Positions 9,013 through 19,050 of a stretch of 38,949 bases of DNA are shown one piece after another. The stretch is from Cyclobacteriaceae bacterium (GTDB taxonomy: Bacteria; Bacteroidota; Bacteroidia; Cytophagales; Cyclobacteriaceae): the NCBI GenBank assembly GCA_036002745.1, contig DASYTA010000270.1, forward strand, positions 1 to 38,949, given 5' to 3'. Made by a program: the position numbers and the translations under genes. The notes under the pieces were generated by a model. That model was not told the origin of the DNA. It ran no database searches and worked only from the letters and a program-made list of their open reading frames with translations. Each line of letters begins with the position of its first letter. Position 1 is the first letter of the stretch.

Positions 9013-10110
9013 ATGTGCTACTATAAATCGCTAGCCCAAAAAGAAGCAGAACTGCTTGCTCACTACGATGCGTCGTTTCAAACAATCACAGATGAGCTTG
9101 AACCAATTAAGGAACGTTTCACTATCCTGCTCCAAAAAGATAATAATCTAGGCGCTCTCACGCTCAACAAAGCAGACCAAATCCATAATATCCTTGTAGC
9201 CTATTCTCAAAAAGATGCACTGCCTGCTGCTTACACTAAACAGGAACTGTCTGAAATGAAATGGTGCCTCAAAACACTTTCTGCATTTCATGATGGCGGG
9301 ATCTATCGTTACATGGAAAACGGCTTTGATTATCTCCCCACTCCAATCATCACTGCAGGTGATCCGAAAAATTTCAAGTTGTTCAGGTGGGGCCTTATCC
9401 CTTTTTATATGAATGACAAGGAGAAGGCAATGATACTCCGAACAAAAACTCTGAATTGCATTTCTGAAGAGATGTACAACACTCAATCATTCAAAGACGC
9501 AGCAAAAAATGCACAGCGGTGTTTGATACCAGTCTCCGGATTTTATGAATGGCGATGGCTCGACGACGAAGGCACCGTGAAAATTCCTTGGTATGTAACT
9601 TTTAGAGATCGCCAAATACGATCGATGGCAGGGTTGTACTCCCGTTGGAAAGACAATGAAACTAGTGAATACTATTACAGCTATACTGTGCTCACGACTG
9701 CAGCAAATGAAATTCTTGAATACGTCCACAACAGTAAGAAGCGCATGCCGGTGTTCATTGCCAAAGAGAATGAACAAGCCTGGCTCAATCGCGACCTGAC
9801 TCCAAAGGATGTAACTGAATTATGCCATCCCACAGAAGATCCGGCGATGGGTGCTTATACGATATCTAAACTTTTGACGACAAGGAATATTAATACCAAC
9901 GTACCTGAAGTACGAAAGCCAATGAACTATCAACAGGCCATTGATCAGGCAAATCAATATCTTCAGTCTGGCGATAAGAAGAAAGCCCTTGAAGCGTTTA
10001 AGAATTCAATCAGTGGCGAAAAAATAAAAATTGACGATTTGGTCAATGTCGCTAACCAAAAAATATTGGCTCAGCTTGGAGCTGGAATAACCACAGATAT
10101 CCTAGATTAG
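9013..10110 (+). CDS. SOS response-associated peptidase (SRAP/YedK/HMCES family), intact and enlarged
   Basis: N-terminal MC, WGLIP, RCLIPVSGFYEW, MAGLY, VH...RMPV motifs all present. Confidence 0.92.
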   Translation: MCYYKSLAQKEAELLAHYDASFQTITDELEPIKERFTILLQKDNNLGALTLNKADQIHNILVAYSQKDALPAAYTKQELSEMKWCLKTLSAFHDGGIYRYMENGFDYLPTPIITAGDPKNFKLFRWGLIPFYMNDKEKAMILRTKTLNCISEEMYNTQSFKDAAKNAQRCLIPVSGFYEWRWLDDEGTVKIPWYVTFRDRQIRSMAGLYSRWKDNETSEYYYSYTVLTTAANEILEYVHNSKKRMPVFIAKENEQAWLNRDLTPKDVTELCHPTEDPAMGAYTISKLLTTRNINTNVPEVRKPMNYQQAIDQANQYLQSGDKKKALEAFKNSISGEKIKIDDLVNVANQKILAQLGAGITTDILD

Positions 10111-10125
10111 AATATAGGTATAGCA

Positions 10126-10290
10126 ATGCGTAAGCTTATGATCGAACAACGCAAGAAAGACAGACCAAAAACCTTTTGGGCATTTGTTCGCATTAATGCT
10201 ATTGAAGCAATCTATGAACTATTTGAACCTATCACTTGGTTAAAGAACGGCATTCGACATTTGTATAACTTAGCACGCAATCATCAATAA
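10126..10290 (+). CDS. Small hypothetical protein (54 aa)
   Basis: Read by hand: MRKLMIEQRKKDRPKTFW...RNHQ; tightly packed in a co-oriented cluster. Confidence 0.4.
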   Translation: MRKLMIEQRKKDRPKTFWAFVRINAIEAIYELFEPITWLKNGIRHLYNLARNHQ

Positions 10291-10293
10291 CAT

Positions 10294-10428
10294 ATGATGA
10301 AAGTCCTTGAAGATTTTGTTAAGATGATTTTCGGGCTTCCCGAGGAGCGCCGGTTGACGAAAACCGAAATACTAATTCCATTCTTTGGTGTGCTATTCAT
10401 AATTCTGATGGTTTGGTTAGCTGCTTGA
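10294..10428 (+). CDS. Small single-TM protein (44 aa)
   Basis: Read by hand: MMKVLEDFVK...ILIPFFGVLFIILMVWLAA; 3-bp gaps to both neighbours. Confidence 0.5.
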   Translation: MMKVLEDFVKMIFGLPEERRLTKTEILIPFFGVLFIILMVWLAA

Positions 10429-10431
10429 ACT

Positions 10432-10644
10432 ATGAACGAAGAAGCAGAATTTATATGGACGCACGGTAAATACCTAATCAGTATAGAATACTATGCATTC
10501 AAAATTAATTTATACTCTGTGAAGAAGAACTTCTACGAGATTTTTTATCATCCCAACACTAATGAAATAACGAAGATCAATCGCGCCTCTTTTATTGATT
10601 TGGAAAAATATTTGAACAGGATTGAATTGGAAAAATTGCAATAA
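10432..10644 (+). CDS. Hypothetical protein (70 aa)
   Basis: ATG start; aromatic-rich INLYSV..FYEIFY; TAATG overlap with the next ORF. Confidence 0.65.
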   Translation: MNEEAEFIWTHGKYLISIEYYAFKINLYSVKKNFYEIFYHPNTNEITKINRASFIDLEKYLNRIELEKLQ

Positions 10645-10829
10645 TGGAAAAAATTAAAATTAAACTGACTCACATCAGCCCTGAATTAAATGTGACACCA
10701 ATGATGAAGAAAACTGACTTGAAAAAAACCGTTATTCAATCTCTTAAAATCTCCAAGACCAGGACTTACAATGTCGAAGTGCTAAATGAGAAGGGTGAAG
10801 TCCTGTTAAAATTCAAACACACTGACTAA
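10644..10829 (+). CDS. Hypothetical protein (61 aa)
   Basis: Start overlaps the upstream stop (TAATG). Confidence 0.55.
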   Translation: MEKIKIKLTHISPELNVTPMMKKTDLKKTVIQSLKISKTRTYNVEVLNEKGEVLLKFKHTD

Positions 10830-10869
10830 TAGAGGATTGATCAATCCCATTTTTGAACATTGAAAATAT

Positions 10870-12282
10870 TTAGTGGTCGTTCTTTGGTTTAAGTGCTTCT
10901 TGAATTTGCGACTCGTAACCGTTGAACCTAGGCTCTTTTAAAAGCCTTTCAAGCATTTCAATTGTATCTCTACTTTGGATTTTGCCTAACACTTTTATTA
11001 AGTCTCCCATAATACTTAAGTCCCGATTACCCTCCTCGCTATAAAAATTATTTTCTCCGGGAGTCTTAAGAATATTATCAAAATAATTGAGAAGGACAGA
11101 TGAAGCCGGCAGGGCTCTCACCCTGTCACAAGATTCAACCAAAAAGCTCGCAGCCTCCCAGCACATCATATAATGGTTAAGACGAAGTTCACTCACATCA
11201 GGCTCATCTCCGAAATGCAGCAAGCTCAAGTCAGTTGCAACTTTTGCAACGATAAAGGAAAAACCGTCAGGCATAATCCCGTCATGAAATTTAAGGCTCA
11301 TTATACCAATTACTGCTCTTGTGTAATCTATGTTTGACTTGTTGTCATACCTGATTGACAATTCTTTAGTCAATTCCTTAATCGACAATTGACTTATCAA
11401 TCCGAAAATTCTTATGCCTCTCAATTCATGCTTGGAGAACGAGGCTCCATATTTATTTTCATCCGTGGGATGAAAAATGAGGAACAATGAATACATGTGC
11501 TTAGAAATAAACTCAAGGTCGTTTAATTGACTAAATTCCTTAACTCCTTGTTCGTTCACGGATTCTAAAATAATCCGCCGTAGGGGCGAACCATATTTTT
11601 TAGTTAGAGCGTAACCGGATAGCGCGCCATCCTTATACACAATATCCACATACTCTCTTGCTATCTTCCTACTATTCTCCAGAAGAGATTCAAATCCTTC
11701 TGGCATACATGATTTCGAGATTCGAATGAAGTCCTCTTCTGGAAGGCCTTCTTTATATAATCGAAACGCAACATCAAATCCAACACCTTTATCAATCACT
11801 TGAGTTAGAATTGCTGATCTCAAAGTGTAACCCCGTGTAAAAATATTCTTAGTACTGTCTGTGATAATTGGCCAAATCTCCTTTCCTAAACTTGACCTTT
11901 CAAATTCTAATTTGATTCTCTCGCTTTCATTAGCAGCCTTTTTAAAGTCTAGATCCTTTTTTTCTCTCTCTTTCTCAAATTCTCTCTGCTTATCTTTTTC
12001 TATCTTCTCATATACTAAACGATTGTTATCTAAGTCTTTTGCAAATTTCTGTTGAAGACTTTGAATTTCTAATGAGAATGCATTTTGATTTTTTTGAAGC
12101 AGCTCCCGTTCTTCTCTATCAGACTTATCTTTGATGTTGTCGTAAACAAGAAATGCAGCACCAATGATGGCCCCGATAACAATTTTATCAAGAACCAGTA
12201 AAGCGACTTTATTTTGAAATGAATCGGGGTCACGGCTGGGCTTATTTTGGTCAGGCTTAGAATCAGGTTCAGTCTTAGACAT
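10870..12282 (-). CDS. Hypothetical membrane-anchored coiled-coil/helical protein (470 aa)
   Basis: Long ORF; N-terminal TM (IVIGAIIGAAFLVY), charged coiled coil, possibly HEAT-like C-terminus. Confidence 0.75.
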   Translation of the reverse strand: MSKTEPDSKPDQNKPSRDPDSFQNKVALLVLDKIVIGAIIGAAFLVYDNIKDKSDREERELLQKNQNAFSLEIQSLQQKFAKDLDNNRLVYEKIEKDKQREFEKEREKKDLDFKKAANESERIKLEFERSSLGKEIWPIITDSTKNIFTRGYTLRSAILTQVIDKGVGFDVAFRLYKEGLPEEDFIRISKSCMPEGFESLLENSRKIAREYVDIVYKDGALSGYALTKKYGSPLRRIILESVNEQGVKEFSQLNDLEFISKHMYSLFLIFHPTDENKYGASFSKHELRGIRIFGLISQLSIKELTKELSIRYDNKSNIDYTRAVIGIMSLKFHDGIMPDGFSFIVAKVATDLSLLHFGDEPDVSELRLNHYMMCWEAASFLVESCDRVRALPASSVLLNYFDNILKTPGENNFYSEEGNRDLSIMGDLIKVLGKIQSRDTIEMLERLLKEPRFNGYESQIQEALKPKNDH

Positions 12283-12317
12283 AATTATAAAATTTGCTCT
12301 CAGTTTGCACTTTCACA

Positions 12318-12355
12318 ACGGGCTTTTTACCGTCACGCTACGGGTTTTTTCCCCT
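12318..12355. promoter_or_regulatory. Two ACGGG-N6-CCCGT-like palindromes
   Basis: ACGGGCTTTTTACCGT (12318-12333) and ACGGGTTTTTTCCCCT (12340-12355), upstream of the 470-aa gene. Confidence 0.5.
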
Positions 12356-12478
12356 CAATTTTTCTCCAACAGTTTATCTGTCCCCTTCCCAATATCTTAA
12401 ATTAAATTGAACTGACTATATCGCTCGCAACTCTTCTTAGTTATGTTATATCGAGTGTTACTCTTCAAATAATTAACT

Positions 12479-12907
12479 TTGAAAATGTTTGATTACGTTA
12501 AACATTGCAATGCCCCAAGGCTTAGAAAAGCAAAGTCGTTTTTCGAACTATATTCTTATATCAAACAAAGGCCTTTGAAAAAAAAGAATTTGATTGCAAT
12601 AGCAAAAAAATTCAAGTTCACCGACGAGCAATCAGCTAGGATGATCGGTCTGTCACTGAGAACTTTTCGAACGATTACTCCAACTTCGGATCTAAGTGTC
12701 CTGGCATCGGAAATGGTCATAAGATTATCAGAGCTATATGAATGCGGGGTCAACACTTTCGGGAACTCCAAGTCGTTTATTTTATGGCTCAACTCAGACA
12801 TCCCAGCACTAGGATATCGCAAGCCTATTTTGTTGATTGAATCCGGTATGGGGGTAAGTATTGTAATAAACCTGCTTACTGGGATGGAGTATGGAGTAGT
12901 TATGTGA
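12479..12907 (+). CDS. Xre/MbcA/ParS-type antitoxin (no adjacent RES toxin)
   Basis: HTH-like ARMIGLSLRTF and C-terminal FG....F..WL...IPALG..KPI.LI....G...V..LL..MEYG signature; probable start at the second Met. Confidence 0.85.
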   Translation: MKMFDYVKHCNAPRLRKAKSFFELYSYIKQRPLKKKNLIAIAKKFKFTDEQSARMIGLSLRTFRTITPTSDLSVLASEMVIRLSELYECGVNTFGNSKSFILWLNSDIPALGYRKPILLIESGMGVSIVINLLTGMEYGVVM

Positions 12908-12934
12908 CATATCAAGCGCAAACTGAAAAAAATT

Positions 12935-15900
12935 TTACCTGAAATTTCTTCCCTCATGAAAGACACTTTCCTCAAATATCTTCATTTGGGATCTATCTCG
13001 AGTGTCTGGCCCCCGTGAAGTTGTCTCATCTGATCGCATACGCGTGTCAAGCGTTGGATACCCCGTGCCATACGGAATCAAGTTTTGAAGCAGCTTTGAA
13101 ACATTAAAGCAACGTTTCACGATAACATGAATTACTTCGCCTTCGATCTGGAGTTTACCTTCTACCATCAACAAACGTGATTGAATGATTTCCTTCCGGT
13201 ACTGATCAAACAGATCTCGCCATACAACGAGGTTCATTGTTCCTGATTCATCTTCAAGAGTGATGAAACAAATTCCGCTCGCGGTTCCTGGGCGTTGCCT
13301 TACTAGAATAAGACCTGCAACTTTTACCCGGTCACCATTCTTTGCCTCCTTGAGTGATCGTGCCGTTAGGCATCGAAGTTGTACAAGTTGTTCGCGAATA
13401 AAGCTCACTGGATGCGCTTTCAATGACAATGATATCGAAGCATAATCGTGAACTACGTGTTCGGACATTGCCATTTCAGGAAGTGAAATATTTTCTTCTC
13501 CAACATTTTTTGCCTGATCAGAAAACAGCGCTTTCAATTGGTGATCTTGAGTTGATGCTTCCCACAACGCTTTTCTTCGATCATATCCTATCGACCGAAA
13601 TGCATCTGAGTCTGCCAGCTTCCCCAAAACAGCATCCGTTATTCCAGCTTCACGAAGTTCATGAATCGAATGATAACCATTGCCCCTTGCTTGAATTAGG
13701 TGTTCTATGTCATCTTCACGTAGTCCTTTCACTTGTCTAAAACCCAAGCGAAGTGGACAGTATTTCCCAGTTCTTTCTTCAAGTTTGTTGTCCCAGTTAG
13801 AAAAATTAACATCCACCGGAAGCATCTCTACTCCATGGTTGGTGGCATCAATTACAATTTGCGCTGGTTCATAAAATCCCATTGGTAAACTATTGAGCAG
13901 GGAGCAAGCGAACACATCAGGGTAATAGCATTTCAACCAAGATGAAACATAAACTAGAAGGGCAAAACTCACTGCGTGGCTTTCCGGAAATCCATAACTA
14001 CCGAATCCCTCTAATTGCTTAAAAACTCTGCGAGCATATTCCAAGGTGTATCCATTTGAGGTCATCCCATTGATGAGTTTGTCTTCAAAATGAGAGATCA
14101 GCCCATTGACTTTAAATGTTGCCATGCTTCTTCGCAGCTTGTCAGCTTCGGCTGGCGTAAATCCTGCAGCTACAATAGCAATCTTCATGGCTTGCTCCTG
14201 GAATAGTGGCACACCAAGTGTTCGGCCTAAAATTTCTTCTAGTTCCTTCGATGGATAAGTGATTGGCTCCTCTCCGTTTCTTCTTCTTAGGTACGGATGA
14301 ACCATGTCACCTTGAATAGGACCTGGCCTCACGATAGCGACTTCGATCACTAAATCGTAGAAACAATTCGGTCGTAGTCTTGGCAACATGGATTGTTGTG
14401 CGCGGCTCTCGATTTGAAATACTCCAATTGTATCTGCGTGAGTCACCATCTCATATACCTTAGGATCATCCTGTGGAATATTCGCCAAGGTTAGATCTAG
14501 ATTGTAGTAGCCCTTTGCTAGATCAAATGCTTTACGAATACAGGTCAACATTCCCAACGCGAGCACGTCAATTTTCATAAAACCAAGTACATCAATGTCG
14601 TCCTTATTCCATTCAATGTTCGTGCGATCTTCCATCCGCGCGTTGATGATTGGACAGAGATCAGAAAGTTTTCCTTCGGTAATTACAAATCCACCAGTGT
14701 GCTGGCCAAGCTGCCGCGGAAAACCAATGAATTGTTCTGTAAGCTGAAGCACTTTCTTAATGGTGGGGTCGTCTGGATTTATTCCTTGACTAATGATTCG
14801 ATTACGATCAAACCCTTCATCTTTAAAATCCCAGATCAAACCTGAGAGTCGACCAATGGTATCCACTGAAAGGCCCATTGCTTTTCCTACATCCCGAATT
14901 GCTCCTTTATGATGTTGTTGTGTTACTGTTGCCACGACAGCAGCGCGGTCACGTCCATACTTACTAAATATGTATTGCATGACTTCCTCCCTTCGCTCAT
15001 GTTCGAAGTCTACATCGATATCAGGGGGTTCATTGCGAGCAGATGAAATAAACCTTTCAAACAACAAATCGAATTTCGATGGATCAACTGAAGTGATTCC
15101 GAGGCAATAACAGACTGTAGAGTTTGCAGCTGAACCACGGCCTTGACAGAGGATTTTTTGCCCTCTTGCGTAGCGGACAATATCATATACGGTGAGAAAG
15201 TATTCAGCGTAGTTGACCTCATTAATAAAACTGAGTTCATACTCGATATTCGCTCTTACCTTATCCGGAATCTGATTGTTGAAAATTTGTTTCGCTCCTT
15301 CCCATGCCAAGTAGGTAAGTTCTTCCTGCGGTGTACGGCCTTCACTTGTTACTTCTTTGGGGTATCTGTATTTGAGTTGGTCGAGCGAGAATGTGCATGC
15401 ATCACTAATTATTTGCGTTTGCTCGATCGCATCTGGATATTGAAGGAACAGCCGTGCCATTTCTGTCGGCGGTTTTAAATATCTTTCTGCATTAGGATGT
15501 AAACGAAACCCGGCATTGTGGATAGTGCACTTTTCCCTGACACAAGTCACAACATCCTGCAATTCTCTGCGAGTAAAAGAATGATAGTGAATATCGTTTG
15601 TTGCTACCATCGGCATACGGAGTTGCTTACTGAGCCGTGACATGCGATACAATAGTTTTCCATCATCACCACTATAGGTTCTTGACGCGGCAATCCAAAG
15701 TTGTTCACTTAATACGTCACGATATTCTCGTGCGAGTCTTTTGAATTGATCTTCAAAATCAAATACTTTATTTAGTGTAGTTGGGGGAAGTAGTATAAAT
15801 TTTGATCCTGCCGCATACTCAAATACATCCGCTTTGTACAATTCACACTTGCCCTTTTCGGTTCTGAGATTTCCAATGGTCAACAAATTGGATATTCTGG

Positions 15901-16156
15901 AGTAAGCGTTGATATCAGTGGGAAGCGCTAGAAGACTTGGACCGTCCTTTAAATCGAGACGGCAACCAGGTATGATTCGGATGTCTAATTGCTTCGCCGC
16001 TGCATGTGCGCGAACTATTCCGGCAAGTGTATTGCGATCAGTAATAGCGATCGATTTGTAACCTAGAAGCGATGCTTCTTTAACGAGTTCTTCCGGATGC
16101 GAAGCACCCCGCAGAAAACTGAAGTTCGTAGTTACCTGTAACTCTATATAGCTCAT
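12935..16156 (-). CDS. dnaE2: Error-prone DNA polymerase III alpha (DnaE2/ImuC)
   Basis: NFSFLRGASHPEEL PHP start, GRGSAANS, PDIDVDFE, YGFPESH, RQRPGTA, C-terminal GRNFR. Confidence 0.97.
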   Translation of the reverse strand: MSYIELQVTTNFSFLRGASHPEELVKEASLLGYKSIAITDRNTLAGIVRAHAAAKQLDIRIIPGCRLDLKDGPSLLALPTDINAYSRISNLLTIGNLRTEKGKCELYKADVFEYAAGSKFILLPPTTLNKVFDFEDQFKRLAREYRDVLSEQLWIAASRTYSGDDGKLLYRMSRLSKQLRMPMVATNDIHYHSFTRRELQDVVTCVREKCTIHNAGFRLHPNAERYLKPPTEMARLFLQYPDAIEQTQIISDACTFSLDQLKYRYPKEVTSEGRTPQEELTYLAWEGAKQIFNNQIPDKVRANIEYELSFINEVNYAEYFLTVYDIVRYARGQKILCQGRGSAANSTVCYCLGITSVDPSKFDLLFERFISSARNEPPDIDVDFEHERREEVMQYIFSKYGRDRAAVVATVTQQHHKGAIRDVGKAMGLSVDTIGRLSGLIWDFKDEGFDRNRIISQGINPDDPTIKKVLQLTEQFIGFPRQLGQHTGGFVITEGKLSDLCPIINARMEDRTNIEWNKDDIDVLGFMKIDVLALGMLTCIRKAFDLAKGYYNLDLTLANIPQDDPKVYEMVTHADTIGVFQIESRAQQSMLPRLRPNCFYDLVIEVAIVRPGPIQGDMVHPYLRRRNGEEPITYPSKELEEILGRTLGVPLFQEQAMKIAIVAAGFTPAEADKLRRSMATFKVNGLISHFEDKLINGMTSNGYTLEYARRVFKQLEGFGSYGFPESHAVSFALLVYVSSWLKCYYPDVFACSLLNSLPMGFYEPAQIVIDATNHGVEMLPVDVNFSNWDNKLEERTGKYCPLRLGFRQVKGLREDDIEHLIQARGNGYHSIHELREAGITDAVLGKLADSDAFRSIGYDRRKALWEASTQDHQLKALFSDQAKNVGEENISLPEMAMSEHVVHDYASISLSLKAHPVSFIREQLVQLRCLTARSLKEAKNGDRVKVAGLILVRQRPGTASGICFITLEDESGTMNLVVWRDLFDQYRKEIIQSRLLMVEGKLQIEGEVIHVIVKRCFNVSKLLQNLIPYGTGYPTLDTRMRSDETTSRGPDTRDRSQMKIFEESVFHEGRNFR

Positions 16157-16163
16157 GACTCAC

Positions 16164-17660
16164 CTAAGCAAAAAAACCATGAATGAACCATTGATATCTT
16201 TCCTCGTGATAGTGACCTAACCGGAACAACCAATAACGATTACCCTCATCATCTTCCACTCTATAATAATCACGGTGTTCTCCTTGCTGCAGCCACCACT
16301 CTTGTTCGATGCGTTCAGGGCCATCAGCCTTTATAATAGTGTGCAGCTTTTCCTTATATCTGAATAGCATTGGTGGATAATCCGGAATAGGCGCTGTTAC
16401 TTCAATTGCTTCTGGTGCTTTCAACAGCTGTATAGGTCGTGGCTTTTCTTCACGCCATGGTGCAACAGAAATTTCTTCTAAAGATGTTGCAAGCTTTATT
16501 GATCGCTCCGGCCAGTAATGTTCATCTGCAACGTATCGATGGATGGCATTCTCTCCAATTTTGTTTGCTATTCGATCCAGGAGTTCGGACACACGACTGT
16601 CCTTTAGTCCGCCGGATCCTTCCCACATTTTTTCTTGGGCGGGAAACAGATCCTCTACCTTGGGTGCTTCAAGAACAAAAAGTTCAATACCCAATGAAGG
16701 TTCTATGCTCGCAATTTTTATCTCAAATAATTTGAAGAGATGTTTGATACTTCTTGAAGGTCGGCTCGTACCAATTTCAATTTGTTCAATCTTATTATCG
16801 ACACGATAACACTTGAAGGCCGCTGTTCGAATTCCTTTTTGTTCGTGTTCGAGTCGAACGCATAATAATTCCAATAATCGATTCAGTGCTATTTCAATTC
16901 CAGCTGCAGTCACTATGGGATCCATGCACGGTAGTCGCTCATGATAAGGTTCTATTGGATGAATCGGTTCTACTAATTCAATTTCCTGACCCAATGCTTT
17001 GTCAAGCTGATGAAGGAACTGCGCGCCGAAGCGTCTGCGCAATGCGGGTCGCGGCATTTGGCTGAATTGACGAATGCGATGAAGTCCAAGCTTATGCAGA
17101 CGTTCTGAAATTTCTGCGTCGATGCGCAACGCTGCCGACGGCAAGTTCATTAGAACTTGAACATGCTTACCTATTGGCACAACGCAAGAGTTAGCAAACC
17201 GAGCAATCCCCCAAGCTGAACCAATGGTGTCGGCCATCGCCGCTCTTACATCATAACCACGAGCGGTGAGTTTTCTGATAATATCTTTCAAGTAAGGTTC
17301 ATCTCCATCCCATAAATGAGAACATCCAGTTACGTCAAACAGTAGTCCATCGGGTGGATCAATTGCTACAAACGGAGTAAAACGAATACACCACTCGCCA
17401 AGTCGACGAAGTAATTTGTCAACAAGATCGGGCTTATCATCGCGAACTTGCAAGTCAACGATAACTGCTCTCGCATCAGCAAGTACCATTCCTACGGATA
17501 CTCCTTTTGACTCAGCTACTTTGTTAGCAGCAACAACAATCATCCTTCCATGAGAAGGTGATCTCAGAACGAAAGGCAAATTCTTTAGTTGAGTTTGACG
17601 GAGGGTGAACCAGTCCGTCTTGAGGTGCGGGAGCCAGATGGATACAAATCGCTTCGACAT
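16164..17660 (-). CDS. imuB: ImuB, Y-family polymerase-like protein
   Basis: RFTP.VAID.PDGL..DVTG, GPERIEQEWW, RDYY.VED, WF.HGFFA; lies between imuA and dnaE2. Confidence 0.95.
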   Translation of the reverse strand: MSKRFVSIWLPHLKTDWFTLRQTQLKNLPFVLRSPSHGRMIVVAANKVAESKGVSVGMVLADARAVIVDLQVRDDKPDLVDKLLRRLGEWCIRFTPFVAIDPPDGLLFDVTGCSHLWDGDEPYLKDIIRKLTARGYDVRAAMADTIGSAWGIARFANSCVVPIGKHVQVLMNLPSAALRIDAEISERLHKLGLHRIRQFSQMPRPALRRRFGAQFLHQLDKALGQEIELVEPIHPIEPYHERLPCMDPIVTAAGIEIALNRLLELLCVRLEHEQKGIRTAAFKCYRVDNKIEQIEIGTSRPSRSIKHLFKLFEIKIASIEPSLGIELFVLEAPKVEDLFPAQEKMWEGSGGLKDSRVSELLDRIANKIGENAIHRYVADEHYWPERSIKLATSLEEISVAPWREEKPRPIQLLKAPEAIEVTAPIPDYPPMLFRYKEKLHTIIKADGPERIEQEWWLQQGEHRDYYRVEDDEGNRYWLFRLGHYHEERYQWFIHGFFA

Positions 17661-17661
17661 T

Positions 17662-18390
17662 TCATCCCGCTTTCTTTTGTATTTCTAAGAATGACATTAC
17701 AAGTTCTCTTTGCGCTTGTTGAAATCCTTTGTCTGTCCACTGGACATCCCATGTACCAGGTTTTCCATTTCGTATCCGTTGCAATTCAACTCTCCACTTT
17801 GCAAATGCAACACCGGGGAGTTCATCCAATTTTTCACTTGACAGCGAAGAGATCTTCCAACGAGACACACACGCGGTTGTGCTAAGCCGTTGATTGTTGT
17901 TGAGAATAAAACCCGTGACGTGACTTTTTTCAACAGCCAATTGCAGACGTCTTGATGCAGTAAAACTTAAGTCATTGAGTTCCCCAACCACAGCAGCCAG
18001 CGCACCACACTTCAACGATTCATCAATCGCCCACAATATTTCTTTTTCTTTGTTTGTGTCGATGAAAACAAATTTTCCGGGATCAATGGAAAAGTTCTTC
18101 AACCCTGGTGGAAACAATTTTCGTGATGAGCTAATCCATAGTACCGCACCATCATTTCCTATTAAGGTTGAAAGCAATCCACACAGAAATCCACTTGTTG
18201 CAGCTAGGTTTTCAGCACAGGGTGATAAAAATTCATGAACGGAACCGATAGGAAAGGATCGGTTGGGAAATGCATCTGCAATCGGTCCTAATGTTTCATT
18301 CAACTCGACATTATCGGCAAATCGAAGGCCTTGCAGCCGAAGAATATCTTCCCGCAGGATCTTGAAAATATCTGCCCTCGCTGATTGCAT
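17662..18390 (-). CDS. imuA: ImuA, RecA-like accessory protein
   Basis: FP.GSVHEF, ASRRLQLAVE, W.VEL.RIRNG.PG motifs; first gene of the imu cassette. Confidence 0.93.
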   Translation of the reverse strand: MQSARADIFKILREDILRLQGLRFADNVELNETLGPIADAFPNRSFPIGSVHEFLSPCAENLAATSGFLCGLLSTLIGNDGAVLWISSSRKLFPPGLKNFSIDPGKFVFIDTNKEKEILWAIDESLKCGALAAVVGELNDLSFTASRRLQLAVEKSHVTGFILNNNQRLSTTACVSRWKISSLSSEKLDELPGVAFAKWRVELQRIRNGKPGTWDVQWTDKGFQQAQRELVMSFLEIQKKAG

Positions 18391-18436
18391 AAAATATTAA
18401 GACCAATTCAGGCCCTTGCATTCAAAACTTTAAATT

Positions 18437-19033
18437 CTAATCAATTGTATAAGCTGGTTCTAAAAAATTTATCTTCATTGACTCTTCCTGGCGCTCGAAA
18501 TCCCTCCTTAACCTTTTTGTTCTCTTTACTTCTTTCTGATACAACCTTTCAAGCATATCTGGTGCAAATGGAACGCCATCAGCTTCTTCAAGTGGCAGCA
18601 CAAGAGGCTCGCTAGTTGCATCTCTTAGAAAACGATAAAGTTCATTAATTGTATAGGCCCACTGTGGGGGTGGCGAATTCTCCGGACGGGTCAATAATGC
18701 TTGAGTACTTTCATAAGCATCAAAGACCGCATCAATTTCTTGCTGGGTAAAAGGAGTGAATTTTAGAAAATTGATAAAGCGGTGTTCTTTGATATCTAGC
18801 AACTGAGGGTAGTCTTCTCTTGATTTAGCCAATGAGTAAACGTGATTCACCATGGATACTTTGAACAGGTCTGCTTTTCCTGGCAACACATCGAGGATCA
18901 TCCTTTTTGGATCAAACTTGTATTCGTACTTTTTCGAGACGATTTTAACATAAAGCTTGATCAGCCCCTCTCTTGTCTTTGGGGTAGCTTGTTTGTTTCT
19001 AAGTTCTTCATGAAGTTCTTCTGTAGTTTGCAT
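18437..19033 (-). CDS. Hypothetical protein (198 aa)
   Basis: Long ORF co-oriented with imuA, 46-bp gap. Confidence 0.75.
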   Translation of the reverse strand: MQTTEELHEELRNKQATPKTREGLIKLYVKIVSKKYEYKFDPKRMILDVLPGKADLFKVSMVNHVYSLAKSREDYPQLLDIKEHRFINFLKFTPFTQQEIDAVFDAYESTQALLTRPENSPPPQWAYTINELYRFLRDATSEPLVLPLEEADGVPFAPDMLERLYQKEVKRTKRLRRDFERQEESMKINFLEPAYTID

Positions 19034-19050
19034 AACATTAAGATTTAAGG

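Noticed and set aside
12556-12975. 139-aa antisense ORF as the missing toxin
   Set aside because: Shadow of the antitoxin gene with no RES-like motifs.
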